The notes beneath the pieces are model-generated. The model had not been told where the DNA came from and made no database searches. It saw only the letters and a program-made list of their open reading frames with translations. Positions 38,099 through 48,830 of a stretch of DNA of 64,000 nucleotides are shown in pieces. Positions within the stretch are counted from its first letter, which is position 1; each line of letters starts with the position of its first letter. The position numbers were made by a program, and so were the translations under genes. This DNA is from Azolla caroliniana (taxonomy: Eukaryota > Plantae > Polypodiophyta), in contig JBHGNT010000015.1 in assembly GCA_043228905.1 (NCBI GenBank), positions 16,120,001-16,184,000 of the forward strand. The letters run 5' to 3'.

Positions 38099-41000
38099 CT
38101 CGCCCCCTCCAAACCCGCACATCCTCCGGTATGTGCCGAAGTTCTTGATTCTTCGTATCCGTCTTCATCCGAAGCTTCCTCCGATTCTCCCCTTATGTCG
38201 ACTATGAGTTGTAATCCACTTTCTTCGCTTCCCGCATCATTGTGGTCTTCGTCCGATTGCTCCTCGTTGTCGGCCTCGACTTGGATCACATAAGATTTGT
38301 CGTCGGTCCGCTTCTTGAAAATCTTCACCCGCTTCCCGGCTATAGGCACTCGTAGTATTGTTCCATCCAACTCGGACAGTCGGTACGTCCCGTTGTCGAA
38401 GACCTTCCGAACCTCGTACGGCCCGAACCACCTTTTCGCGAATTTCCGCATCGTTGTATGTTGATGGTCCAAGCTACTATCATAGACGATCACCCAATCT
38501 CCTTCTTCAATCCTCCTCGGTCGTAGTCGGTGCTTTGTGTCGAACCGGCTTTTGTTCCGGAACCGTGCTTCTTGTTGTCGGCGTGACGTTTCCGCTACAT
38601 CTTTCGGTCTTCCCTCCAGTTGTCGTATCCGGACCGCTAGTAGTTCTTCCCGGCTCATCTCTTCCTTCCACGGTAGTATTGTCCATGTCGCGATTGCGGT
38701 TTCCGTTGGCATTACCGGTGCTTGTCCGGTCATGAGTTCTGCCGGCATGTAACCGGTCACGGAGCTATGCGTCGTCCGATCCGCCCATAGTGCATACGGA
38801 AGCATTTGTGGCCAATCCTTCACCCTTCCGTCGCATGCCTTCGCAAGTGCTTTCACGATCGGACTATGTCCTCGTTCGATCTTCCCGTTGGCCTCCGGAT
38901 TGTAGGCCGTTGTCAACGTTAACCGAACTCCATGTTTGGCGAAGAATCCCCTAGCTTTGTCCGAGTCGAGTTCTCCCCGGTCCGCAATCACTTGTCCTAC
39001 GCAGCCGTACCTACAAAACACTTCTTCCAAAAGAAATTGGCACACCGCGGCACACGTTTTCCTCCGAAGCGCTCGACCTTCAACTTGGTTTGTGAGATCT
39101 TCTCGAGCTAACACCAAGTATTTCTTTTGTCCAATCCCGGTCGGCATAGCTACAATGTCGACCATCCACTTGAAGTTGATTGTCGGTGAGAATGTCGGAT
39201 GCAGTTCATCTCGGTGTCGGACCCCGGAGTAGACTTGACATTTCTCGCAGCTTTCTGTGAACTCCGCGACATCTTTATACATGTTCTTCCACCAATATCT
39301 TTGCTTGATTTTCACAAAAGTTGCCCATGTTCCTCGATGTCCAGCCCAATCGGATTCGTGGAACTCGGACATTATCCGGTTTCGTTGCTCTTTCGTCCCG
39401 ACTACTCGAAGTGGTATCCCATCCGGTCTTTTCGGCGTCCTCCATATTAAACCTTTTTCCAAGAAGAACTTTTGGACTTGCCTCTTCTTCCTTCGGATCT
39501 CGGCTCTCCTTTCTTTATCATTGGTTGAATCCTCGACCTCTTGTAGCATCTTCCCGATCATCAAGGTTTCCCCCTCGTATTCTTCTTCCCGGAATTCTCG
39601 GATCACGTTCACTCGGCATATGTGTTCTGACGTGAAGTAGTCTTCGGAAACTTCTTCATTATCTGATTCGGTTATGTCGTCTTCAAACCGCGCCCTCGAT
39701 AACATGTCCGCTACCGCGTTGTCCTTCCCCGAGATGTGTCGAACCTCCGGATTAAGTGACTTGACATATGCAATCCACCTTAGCATAGCCACATCCGGTA
39801 TCGTACAACACCGCATCATCCCGAGTATCGGAAGACAATCCGTCTCGATCACCACTTCAGCTCCGATCAAATAATCCCGATCCGATTTTATCGCCGACAC
39901 GACTCCCCACAATTCTCTTTTGACTTGTGCATATCCGCGTTGCCTTTCGTTGAGGACCTTTGCTCCAAATCGGATCGGATACCGCGAACCATCCGAGTCG
40001 GCTTGATTGATGACCCACCCGATACCGGTTGGACTTGTATCAACCGTTACTATGATTGGCCGCTCGTAGCTTGGCTTCTTAAGTGATTCCGCCCTCCATA
40101 GTGTCTTCTTGAGCTTCCTCATGGCTTTAGTGTGTTCCGGTTTCCACTCGAATCTCTTACCTTTCCGCAACAAGTGATAGAGCGGGTCCGCTATATGTGC
40201 ATAGTGCGGAATCCATATGTGATAGAATGCACACGCACCCAGAAACCTTCGGACTTCCGATGTTGACTCACATACTTCCTTCATAGCTTGAATCGCATCG
40301 ATCTTTGTTGGTGACGGTCTTCGGCCGTAGGGTCCACATAGATGTCCGACCACCAATATTTCTTCTTGCCCGAATGCCGATTTCTCCCCGGAAAGTGTTA
40401 GGTGTACATCTTCTAGCTTTCGCAACACTTTCTCGCAATCATGAATATGGTCGACCACGAACTTTCGGCATCCCCGATCATCCATAGTCTCATCTTTTTC
40501 TTCCACCGCGCATCCTTTCATCGGAATGTCATCTAGAAACGGCATCGTTATCTCCGGGATGCAATCTCGAAGCACCTTGTTCATCGCGTTCATCATATGT
40601 GCAACCGAGTTTGTCGCTCCTTGTGGTAGTGTGCACATTCGAACTAGTCCTATCGGTGTCCGCATGGTAGTGATGTCTCGGCTCTCCACGGCTAGTTGGA
40701 ATTGGTCATACCCCGAGTATAGGTCCCCGATGGAGTATATCGCACGTCCGGCAAAAGCTTCCGCGAATTCGTCCACTATCGGACCGACTCCCGAGTTCCG
40801 GATCGTGACCTTGTTCACCGGTTGCAAGTCTTGGATGAATCGGAGTGACCCATTCTTCTTCGGAACCGTAAACCATCGATTTGAGTACGGAGCACTTGAT
40901 GGCTCTAGAATCCCCATCGCCACCTTCTCCTTGAGCAAGTCGATGACTTTCGGAATATGCGCCCGTGGCACCGGAATCGGCTTCAGGTTCCACGGTACAT

Positions 41001-41691
41001 GATCAATCGTGAAAATCACCATCGGCTCCACTATCTTTGGATCAATGCACCCGATCTCCCTCGATGTGAACGCGAATGCTTTGCCATGTTGCTCCAACAT
41101 CTCTCGAAACCGTTTTTCTTCTTCTTGTAAGAGGAACCCACCTCCACCGATCCGAAGTTTCTTCCGGGTCTCATCTGTGAAGGCATGTCCGATATCCACG
41201 GACTTCCGAAGTGTCGGATCTCCCGAAACTTCTTTCTTCTTTTGTTCGCTATCGGCGGGTAGTGGTCCCGCGGCCGGTTTCACCTTCTTCTCCACGGTCT
41301 TGTATTTCGTACTTACCATTGCTTCTTCTTTGCGGAGCGCATCCGTCCCCATTTTCGCAACGATCTCGTACATCTCGACCGATTCCACCGGGACTACCCG
41401 GTTCCCTTGGCTTTTATCTTCCGCAAGCTCTTCAAGCCGTTGTAGTGTATTCCCATAGAACACTTCCTCGATCACTCCCACGATTTCTTCGTCTTCTTTT
41501 ATTATTGATGCCGACCGTAACTTATCCTCCACTTGTCGGTATTGTTTCTTCATTCCTCCGGTTACGGCCGTGTACGTAGATGCCCCATCCGGGCCGATTC
41601 GTACTTGTTTTGCTCCGAGAGTTTTCTTCCTGTGTGGGGTATCAGGGCTTCTCGGACTATCACTTCCCCACTCCGCAACAGTCCGCTTTAA
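38086..41691 (-). CDS. Gypsy F ORF2: RT-RNase H-integrase; -1 frame relative to ORF1, open from the slippery site (first ATG at 41553)
   Basis: RWFTVPKKNGSLRFIQDLQPVN, LPQGATNS, FLDDI, VDTSP, NAVADMLSR, HHCC finger (H..GH..CEKC), ADRGE, IERGH and GPY. No chromodomain; the stop lies inside the 3' LTR. Confidence 0.92.
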   Translation of the reverse strand, partial: LKRTVAEWGSDSPRSPDTPHRKKTLGAKQVRIGPDGASTYTAVTGGMKKQYRQVEDKLRSASIIKEDEEIVGVIEEVFYGNTLQRLEELAEDKSQGNRVVPVESVEMYEIVAKMGTDALRKEEAMVSTKYKTVEKKVKPAAGPLPADSEQKKKEVSGDPTLRKSVDIGHAFTDETRKKLRIGGGGFLLQEEEKRFREMLEQHGKAFAFTSREIGCIDPKIVEPMVIFTIDHVPWNLKPIPVPRAHIPKVIDLLKEKVAMGILEPSSAPYSNRWFTVPKKNGSLRFIQDLQPVNKVTIRNSGVGPIVDEFAEAFAGRAIYSIGDLYSGYDQFQLAVESRDITTMRTPIGLVRMCTLPQGATNSVAHMMNAMNKVLRDCIPEITMPFLDDIPMKGCAVEEKDETMDDRGCRKFVVDHIHDCEKVLRKLEDVHLTLSGEKSAFGQEEILVVGHLCGPYGRRPSPTKIDAIQAMKEVCESTSEVRRFLGACAFYHIWIPHYAHIADPLYHLLRKGKRFEWKPEHTKAMRKLKKTLWRAESLKKPSYERPIIVTVDTSPTGIGWVINQADSDGSRYPIRFGAKVLNERQRGYAQVKRELWGVVSAIKSDRDYLIGAEVVIETDCLPILGMMRCCTIPDVAMLRWIAYVKSLNPEVRHISGKDNAVADMLSRARFEDDITESDNEEVSEDYFTSEHICRVNVIREFREEEYEGETLMIGKMLQEVEDSTNDKERRAEIRRKKRQVQKFFLEKGLIWRTPKRPDGIPLRVVGTKEQRNRIMSEFHESDWAGHRGTWATFVKIKQRYWWKNMYKDVAEFTESCEKCQVYSGVRHRDELHPTFSPTINFKWMVDIVAMPTGIGQKKYLVLAREDLTNQVEGRALRRKTCAAVCQFLLEEVFCRYGCVGQVIADRGELDSDKARGFFAKHGVRLTLTTAYNPEANGKIERGHSPIVKALAKACDGRVKDWPQMLPYALWADRTTHSSVTGYMPAELMTGQAPVMPTETAIATWTILPWKEEMSREELLAVRIRQLEGRPKDVAETSRRQQEARFRNKSRFDTKHRLRPRRIEEGDWVIVYDSSLDHQHTTMRKFAKRWFGPYEVRKVFDNGTYRLSELDGTILRVPIAGKRVKIFKKRTDDKSYVIQVEADNEEQSDEDHNDAGSEESGLQLIVDIRGESEEASDEDGYEESRTSAHTGGCAGLEGASVVV

Positions 41692-41697
41692 AAATCC
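41634..41697 (-). promoter_or_regulatory. Predicted -1 programmed ribosomal frameshift signal (G_GAU_UUU plus H-type pseudoknot)
   Basis: Heptamer 41697-41691 immediately before the ORF1 TAA; 5-nt spacer; stem 1 CGGACTGTTGC/GTGATAGTCCG; loop GTGGGG can pair with downstream CCCCAC. Confidence 0.8.
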
Positions 41698-43727
41698 ATT
41701 CTCACTTGGGACAAGAGTTCCCTCTTGTTCCTTTCGTGATTTGCCGGCACCGTTAGGAATTGGACGGATTTCCCTCCGTTTTGGCTCCGAATTCGCGCAA
41801 AAGCCGCACCACTATCGAGCACCTTCGTCTCCATCCGTGAAGCCGTGATAAAGGGTTGGCCGAGGATGACAGAATGTGAAACCTCATCCTGCACAAAGAA
41901 ATTTTGGTCAATTTCGACATCCCCGATCTTTACCGTCACATCCGGACAAGCCGCAAATAGGTCTTCTGTCGTTTTCGTGGCTGCCCGAATCTTCCATCCA
42001 TGGTTGGTGTTTATAGGCCACTTCCCCTTTCGGTAGAACTCCTTGGACATCAAGTTGATCTCCGATCCGTGATCAATCAATGCTAGCACGGGTTCTTTGA
42101 TGTTGCCGATTCGGACCGGAGTCTCCGTAGTCGCACGTGCCCAGTGTGGCCTTGTATAGTGGGAGTTCGGAATTTCGCCTTCCACTTCGGTGTCGTTCAT
42201 CGAAACGGTATTTGCATTCACCCTTGGAGCATTTTCCTCCGTACTTTGTCTCTTCCTTTTCACGAGATCCACGAGAAGATCGTGAAACTCCTTCTTCGCT
42301 ATTCCGAGTAGTTCCCGCAGCGAAAAATCTACCCGGCTATCCAAGATTCTTTCCTCGAACACTCTTTTCAAGTCGGTTTGTTGTTCTATGTCCGAGGCGA
42401 GCTTGAATGCCGGAGTCGCCTTTTCTTTTCCCTTACCTCCGGAGTTCCAGCTTTCCGGTATCTTCGATGGTCCGGCCGCATCCTCCGTGCGCCGTCGTTT
42501 CTCGTCCACATACACCTCATGTAATTGACACAGGGCGTATATGCTATTCTTGTCGACAGGGCACTCCCATCCCGTAGCTTCCCGGACGCCTTCCGCGGTG
42601 TTTCGGATATCGTTGGAGTCGGTTTTCTCGGTGTTTCCTAGCACCTCCGGCCAGAAAGACGCCTTCGCTCCCGATGACTCCCCGACACATATTCCCGCGG
42701 TTGTCGCATAGTTGCTTCTTGCCGCTAACTCCTCCTCGAGCACCTTCTTCATGCCGCCTTTCCGGAAGTTCGGTCGGAGTGGCTTCCGAGAGTCCATCGA
42801 ATGAATCCGGTTTCCCTCGTAGTAGATGAGATCCCGTCGTAGCGCCTCCTTATGGTCGTCGCAATCCCTCCGATCGTGTTCGGCGCTATCGCACCATATG
42901 CACCGTCGATCCGTATATTTGGAGCTTGTGGGGCGGTCATCCGACTTCTTCACCATCGCGATCTTTAGATTCTCCATCTCCTTCAGCAGCTGCTCCACCG
43001 TAGACGCGTCGACTCCCTTCTCGGCCGTAATCTCCCGAGCCCTCGGTTGATGGTCTTCCAGTCCCGTTCTCGGTTTCGGAATCGGTTCCGAAACCCTCTT
43101 TTCTTCGTTGGCAAGCCATTGCCCCCTCTTCGTGTACCGCGCGACGATATCCCGCACGCTTTCCCATGTTTCGGTGAGGCCGCTTTCGGTGGTCGTGTCC
43201 TCAAGAAGCACTCCGAGATCTTTCCGGTCCCGGACGTCCACAGCTCGCAAAAACATGATGACTTTGTCCGGTGCAAGAATAGTTTGATCTCTCGCGGACA
43301 ACCTCCCGAACCGACTTTCGAATGTCGAAAACACTTCGAGGACCTTCAGCCCCTTACCTGACGTTTCCACCCAATCCTCGAATCCCCTCCGCGTTGCCTT
43401 GGAGGAGTCCTCGATGGCAAACGTGGTCTTTAACGCCTCTTCGAATGCTTCCCACGTCGGATTTTGTTGTTGCAACCCGTGGATACTCCCTTGAAGCCCG
43501 TCGGTCGCCACCCGGTTAAAGGATGTCACTTGCAGTCCTTCCGAAGCCCGGCACCGGAGCATCTCCGCCTTGTAGTCCTGCAAATATCGCGACACATCCT
43601 TACCATTAAATTGCCCGTTGCGTTGCACGAGCCGCTCTACTGATGCCGAAATCTCCGACATCGTGCGTTGTTCTTGAAGCATCCGTTCGAACATCGCCAT
43701 CATATTGTTAGCTTGTTGAGCCTCCAT
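41688..43727 (-). CDS. Gypsy F ORF1: Gag plus aspartic protease (679 aa from the first ATG after the PBS)
   Basis: Gag-like FNGKDVSRYLQDY, zinc knuckle CIWCDSAEHDRRDC, protease ALIDHGSEINLM and ILGQPF. Confidence 0.9.
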   Translation of the reverse strand: MEAQQANNMMAMFERMLQEQRTMSEISASVERLVQRNGQFNGKDVSRYLQDYKAEMLRCRASEGLQVTSFNRVATDGLQGSIHGLQQQNPTWEAFEEALKTTFAIEDSSKATRRGFEDWVETSGKGLKVLEVFSTFESRFGRLSARDQTILAPDKVIMFLRAVDVRDRKDLGVLLEDTTTESGLTETWESVRDIVARYTKRGQWLANEEKRVSEPIPKPRTGLEDHQPRAREITAEKGVDASTVEQLLKEMENLKIAMVKKSDDRPTSSKYTDRRCIWCDSAEHDRRDCDDHKEALRRDLIYYEGNRIHSMDSRKPLRPNFRKGGMKKVLEEELAARSNYATTAGICVGESSGAKASFWPEVLGNTEKTDSNDIRNTAEGVREATGWECPVDKNSIYALCQLHEVYVDEKRRRTEDAAGPSKIPESWNSGGKGKEKATPAFKLASDIEQQTDLKRVFEERILDSRVDFSLRELLGIAKKEFHDLLVDLVKRKRQSTEENAPRVNANTVSMNDTEVEGEIPNSHYTRPHWARATTETPVRIGNIKEPVLALIDHGSEINLMSKEFYRKGKWPINTNHGWKIRAATKTTEDLFAACPDVTVKIGDVEIDQNFFVQDEVSHSVILGQPFITASRMETKVLDSGAAFARIRSQNGGKSVQFLTVPANHERNKRELLSQVRMDF

Positions 43728-43743
43728 CTCCTTGCCACCCGTT

Positions 43744-43761
43744 TTCACGTCGGGTTCACCA
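43744..43761 (-). promoter_or_regulatory. Primer-binding site complementary to the 3' 18 nt of plant cytosolic tRNA-Trp(CCA)
   Basis: TGGTGAACCCGACGTGAA, 4 nt after the LTR end; the plus strand reads TTCACGTCGGGTTCACCA, the 3' end of plant tRNA-Trp as I recall it. Confidence 0.88.
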
Positions 43762-43765
43762 ACTG

Positions 43766-44598
43766 TGTCGTGCCTTTCGGCTCCGGATCGTTGCGTGAGT
43801 CGGGTGGGAACCACAGAGGTCTTGGACTAGGAGAAAGGAGTTCGTGAGATAGAGATTAATTATGAGTAAATAGCAAAGAGAAAGATAAGAAACTCGTGAA
43901 TCACACGAGTATACTATATTAATTGGTACTTAGGGTGTTAAGAGAGAAGTAGATGTATAACTCGTGAATCCCACGAATAATTTTTTGTATTGATTAATTC
44001 TTAATCCAAAAAAATCAACAACCCTTTACATATTTCTCTCCTCCTTATATAAGGGAGGAAGAGCTAAGCATGGCTTCATGCTTTTTTTTTTTTTACAAAA
44101 AGTGTTCATGTCCACTAAATGTGCATGTGATGCTTTTTTTTTATTTCCTAAGTATAGGGCTCATGCACGCTAGATGTGCATGAGTTATTTTTGGTGTCTC
44201 GTCTTTTTCATATATTAAAAAAATACACGATTTACCTTTTAATAAAGGTATGCATAAATAAAGGTCTTATACATATTAAATCTATATTTAAAACACTTAA
44301 GATAAGTTAATGTAATGGTAAGGTTGAGGTTTGTCAACGTGGAGGTGCAGAGTTCGAATCACGCTCTGCGTAGTAGTGAGTATTTCCTTCTTTTTTACAT
44401 TTATGTCTCTTTATCCGGGTCTTCCTTGCCGGTATGCCGTTTTCTTCCTTGCCGGTATGCCGTTTTTCCTGCTTGCCGGTATGCCGTTTTCCTCCTTGCC
44501 GGTATGCCGTTTTCTTCCGGTTCTCACCGAGCACTCCATTCTCTATCCGGAGGGACAAAAATATAATTTCCACATAGTGTGCAACCTACACTACGACA
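43766..44598 (-). repeat. 5' LTR of gypsy F (833 bp), with four ~23-bp tandem repeats in U3
   Basis: TGTCGTAG...CACGACA on the minus strand; (CCTTGCCGGTATGCCGTTTTCYT)x4. Confidence 0.95.
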
Positions 44599-44689
44599 GC
44601 GTAAGTAGCTAGAACTAGCACTCAATTGTTATGCTGTAAGGTTAAAATATTGCAAGGGGAAAGGTGAACAATAGTATGAAAATGGTCTC

Positions 44690-47600
44690 AGATACATTTG
44701 TTGTGATAGTCAAGTACAAAAAGATGTAAGAGGGCTCTTGAAACGTATAAAAGGAAAAGGAGAGCTCATTAGTAGGGATCAACATTTTGAAGGAGACGCA
44801 AGTTTGTTAATGGACAAATTATCACATGATAATGAATTGTTAGGAAATAGGTCCCTCCGGATGGGAAGTGAGAAGAACCATATTGATGAGCAACTCGGCC
44901 GAGGCCAGATGTGGCGTACCCGGCAACGGAAGACCCGGTGAGAACCGGATGTGGCGTACCTGGCAACGGAAGACCCGGTGAGAACCGGATGTTGTAGGCC
45001 CGGTGAGAACCTCTCATTGGATGGAAGGGACATATATGTAAATATGTTCCAGAGAGCCCACTGGGGCTATATTTGTAAATAGCCCAAAAGTCATTTGTAT
45101 AAATATGACCTAGGGCAAACTTAATAACTATGATAGAGTTATTGGTGTAACCTCTGTACAGTGTGTAAGAGAGAGAGAGAGAGTGACACACAGAGATTGT
45201 GTCTCTATTGTAACCACCGTGGGGCGAAGATTGTGAGCAAGAGGTTGTTGCCTCTGTGCTCCCTGTTGTATTACTTTACATAGTGATAGTTTGGAGTCTG
45301 TGGACTCCCGTGGTTTTTCCCTCTCAGGGTTTTCCACGTTAATATACTATGTATTCTCTTTTGTTTGTTTGTGCACTTACTTCCATTCCCATTTCTTCTG
45401 TGTTCGATTGTATCAAGTGATTTACCCTTCGGTTGTCGCCGGAGATTATTCCACGTATTCCACGACAAATTGGTATCAGAGCGAAACGACACAGAAAAAT
45501 GGACGATTCGTTGGGAGGCATGTTCAAGCTCACCGGCTCCAACTATTCCGTGTGGAAGTTGAAGATGAGGGACATGCTCGTGGTTAAAGATCTTTGGTTG
45601 CCGGTTCAGTTCGGGGACAAGAGACCGGACAAAATCGATGTCACTATATGGGAGGTGATGCACATGAAGACAACGACGTACATACGGTGCTTCATTGACA
45701 TGAGTCTATACAACAACTTCAATGAAGAGAGCAAGGCTCATGAGCTCTGGGAGAAGATTGACATTATGTTTCAGAACAAAAATGTTGTTAATCAAGTTTG
45801 GGTATTTCGGAAGCTTGTAAGACTCCGGTACCAAGATGGCTCCAGCATGCCGGAGCACATGAATGCCTTCCAGGGGCTGATTCACTAGGCAACATCATTG
45901 GAAGTACCTCTCGCCGATGAGGTACTAGCACTACTCCTGCTCGGTTCCCTCCCAGATAGCTGGGAGACGTTGGTTGTCACTTTGGGCAACGTCCGGCCGG
46001 AAGGGAAACGGTTATCCCTAGCAAGAGTGAAGTCGAGCTTGCTAGATGAAGAGGCGCGTCGGAAAGATAAGGATACTAGCTCTGACTCCAAAGCTCTCCT
46101 CACCGAATTGGAATGCGAAAGACAAAGGAACCGTAGTCCCCAGAATCGGGAAAAGTCGGGGACACGGTCAAAGTCAAGGGGAAGGCCTACTTGCTTTTAT
46201 TGCGGCAAGTCGGGATACTTCCAGAAGAATTGTCGGCACTTCCAAAAAGACAAGGAAACCAACAATACCGATTCGAAGCGAACACCGGACCAGAACGGTT
46301 AAGACTAGAGGGGGCCGGACTGGAAGGGAATGACGGCAATCGCGGCAAGTGAAGAAGAGTTGATGCTCATCACCGAGGAGAATGAGTTGAACCTTGCTGG
46401 CGACGAGAATGGTTAAGTGCCATGCAGGATGAGATGGATTCCTTGCATGAGAACCATACGTACAAATTGGTGGAGTTGCCGAAAGGAAAGCGGGCACTCC
46501 GAAACAAGTGGGTGTACAAGTTGAAACTGGGAGATGCCGACAACACCCCGAGATACAAAGCCGGGATCGTGGTGAAGGGGTTCCAGTAGAAGAAGGGTGT
46601 GGACTTTGACGAGATATTTGCCTCGATAGTAAAGATGACCTCCATCCGGACGGTGCTGAGTATAGTGGCAAGCATGGACCTCGAGGTAGAGCAGCTGGAC
46701 GTGAAGACGACATTCCTTCACGGTGACCTCGAAGAGGAGATCTACATGCAGCAACCGGAAGGATTCGTGGAGAAAGGGAAGGAGCACCTGGTTTTCCGGT
46801 TGAAGAAGAGCCTATACGGACTGAAGCAGGCTCCCCAACAATGGTACCGGAAGTTCGACTCCTTCATGACCGATCAAGGGTACCACAAGACGCAGGCCGA
46901 TCACTGCGTGTTTGTGAAGAAGTTCGAAGGAGGCGACTTCTTGATACTCCTTCTATACGTGGACGACATGTTGATCGTTGGACGGGACCAAGCCAAAATA
47001 CGGATGCTGAAGAAGGCTCTCAACCGAACTTTCGCAATGAAAGACTTGGGTCCGGCAAGATAGATGCTGGGGATGTATATCATCCGGGACCAGCCAAAGA
47101 AGCAATTGTGGTTGTCACAGGAGAAGTACGTGACAAAGGTGCTTCAGCAGTTCAACATGTCAGACGCGAAACCGGTCGGATCGAAACTTCCGGCAAACTG
47201 CAGATGATCTGGTAAGCAAAGCCCGAAGATGAAAGCAGAGAAGGCAGATATGATGAAGGTGCCATATGCCTCTGCCGTCGGGAGCTTAATGTACGCAATG
47301 GTGTGTACTCGACCGGATATTGGATACGTAGTCGGAGTGGTGAGCCAGTTTATGAGCAATCCCGGCAAGGAGCATTGGAACGCGGTCAAATGGATACTCT
47401 GGTACTTGAAGTGCACTTCGAATATGTGTCTCCGATTCGGCTCCGGTAAACCTCAACATGACGGTTTTACCAATTTGGAGATGTCGGCTGATGTGGATAC
47501 CAACAGGTCTATATCTGGGTATGTAATGACATATGCAGGGCAGCTGTTTCGTGGCAGTCGAGGCTGCAGAAGACGGTTGCGTTGTCAATCACGGAGGCGA

Positions 47601-48830
47601 AGTACATGGCGGCTATGGAAGCCGACAAGGAAATATTATGGATGAAGGACTTCATCGGTGAGCTCGGTATTCGGCAAGATGAATACCGGCTCTATTGCGA
47701 CAGTCAAAGTGCCATCCACCTTGCCAAGAACGCAACGTACCACTCTAGGACGAAGCATATCCAACGTAGGTATCACTAGATCCGGGAGCGAGTAGAAGAT
47801 CGAGAGTTCGCGTTGACAAAGATCCACACGGCCGAGAACGGGTCAGATATGCTGAACAAAGTATTGATACCCGACAATCTGGATGCATGTCGGAAGCGGA
47901 TCAGACTAGTAAGACATCCCATGCCGGAGTGAAGGGGGAGTTTGTTAGGAAACAAGTCGCTCCAGATGGGAAGTGAGAAGAATCGTGTTGATGAGCAACT
48001 CGATCGAATCCGGATGTGGAGTACCCGGCAACGGAAGACCTGGTGAGACCGGATGTGGCGTACCCGACAATGGAAGACCCGGTGAGAACCTCTCATCGGA
48101 TAGAAGGGACATATATGTAAATATGTTCCAGAGAGCCCACTGGGGCTATATTTGTAAATAGCTCGAAAGTCATATTAGTATAAATATGACCTAGGGCAAA
48201 CTTAATAACTATGATAGAGTTATTGGTGTAACCTCTGTACAGTGCGTAAGAGAGAGAGAGAGAGCGACATATAGAGATTGTGTCTCTATTGTAACCGCCG
48301 CAAGGCGAAGATTGTGAGCAAGAGGTCGTTGCCTCTATGCTCCCTGTTGTATTACTTTACATAGTGATAGTTTGGAGTTTGTGGACTCTCGTGGTTTTTC
48401 CCTCTCAGGGTTTTCCACGTTAATATCCTGTGTATTCTCTTTTGTTTGTTCGTGCACTTACCTCCATTCCCATTTCTTCTGTGTTCGATTGTATCAAGTG
48501 ATTTACCCTTCGGTTGTCGCCGGAGATTATTCCGCGTATTCCACGACATGAACCAAGAGGACATGAAGGATAATACGCAAATTGCGACACACTTTTTGTG
48601 ATAGTCAAGTAGAAAAGGATGTAAGGGGGATCTCTAAACCTATAAAAGGAAAAGGAGAGCTCATTAGTAGGGATTCACATTTTGAAGGAGACACCCAAGC
48701 TTTGTTCATGGACAAATTAGCATAGGATAATGAATCAAGAGGGCAAGAAGGAGGCATATGCCGACAAAAGACAAAATGGTTGTCAATCGTAGAATCATCA
48801 CATCAAAACTATCACAAGATAATGAATCAA
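44690..48830. repeat. Diverged ~190-bp host tandem repeat split by element E (44690-44837 and 48554-48830)
   Basis: TTGTGATAGTCAAGTA...GGAAAAGGAGAGCTCATTAGTAGGGAT...GATAATGAAT occurs on both sides of E. Confidence 0.65.
44838..48548 (+). mobile_element. Copia element E (Tork/Tnt1-like), internally deleted (protease and integrase missing)
   Basis: LTRs 44838-45467 and 47943-48548; PBS TGGTATCAGAGC at 45471; PPT GAAGGGGGAG; TSD TGAAT/TGAAC. The sequence jumps from LAGDE to WLSAMQDEM at about 46408. Confidence 0.92.

Larger units (their letters stand above)
37267..44598 (-). mobile_element. Element F: intact, very young Ty3/gypsy retrotransposon (non-chromovirus, Ylt1-like Pol)
   Basis: LTRs 43766-44598 and 37267-38098 differ at only about 3 positions by eye; 4-bp TSD GCGT; tRNA-Trp PBS; PPT; two uninterrupted ORFs. 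Confidence 0.96.

Noticed and set aside
24271-43519. Numerous 60-170 aa antisense or alternative-frame ORFs overlapping gag/pol
   Set aside because: Expected shadow ORFs of GC-rich retroelement coding sequence; no independent support.
43728-43814. ORF-track start of gypsy ORF1 at GTG 43814
   Set aside because: It lies within the LTR/PBS; the first ATG after the PBS (43727) is the plausible eukaryotic start.
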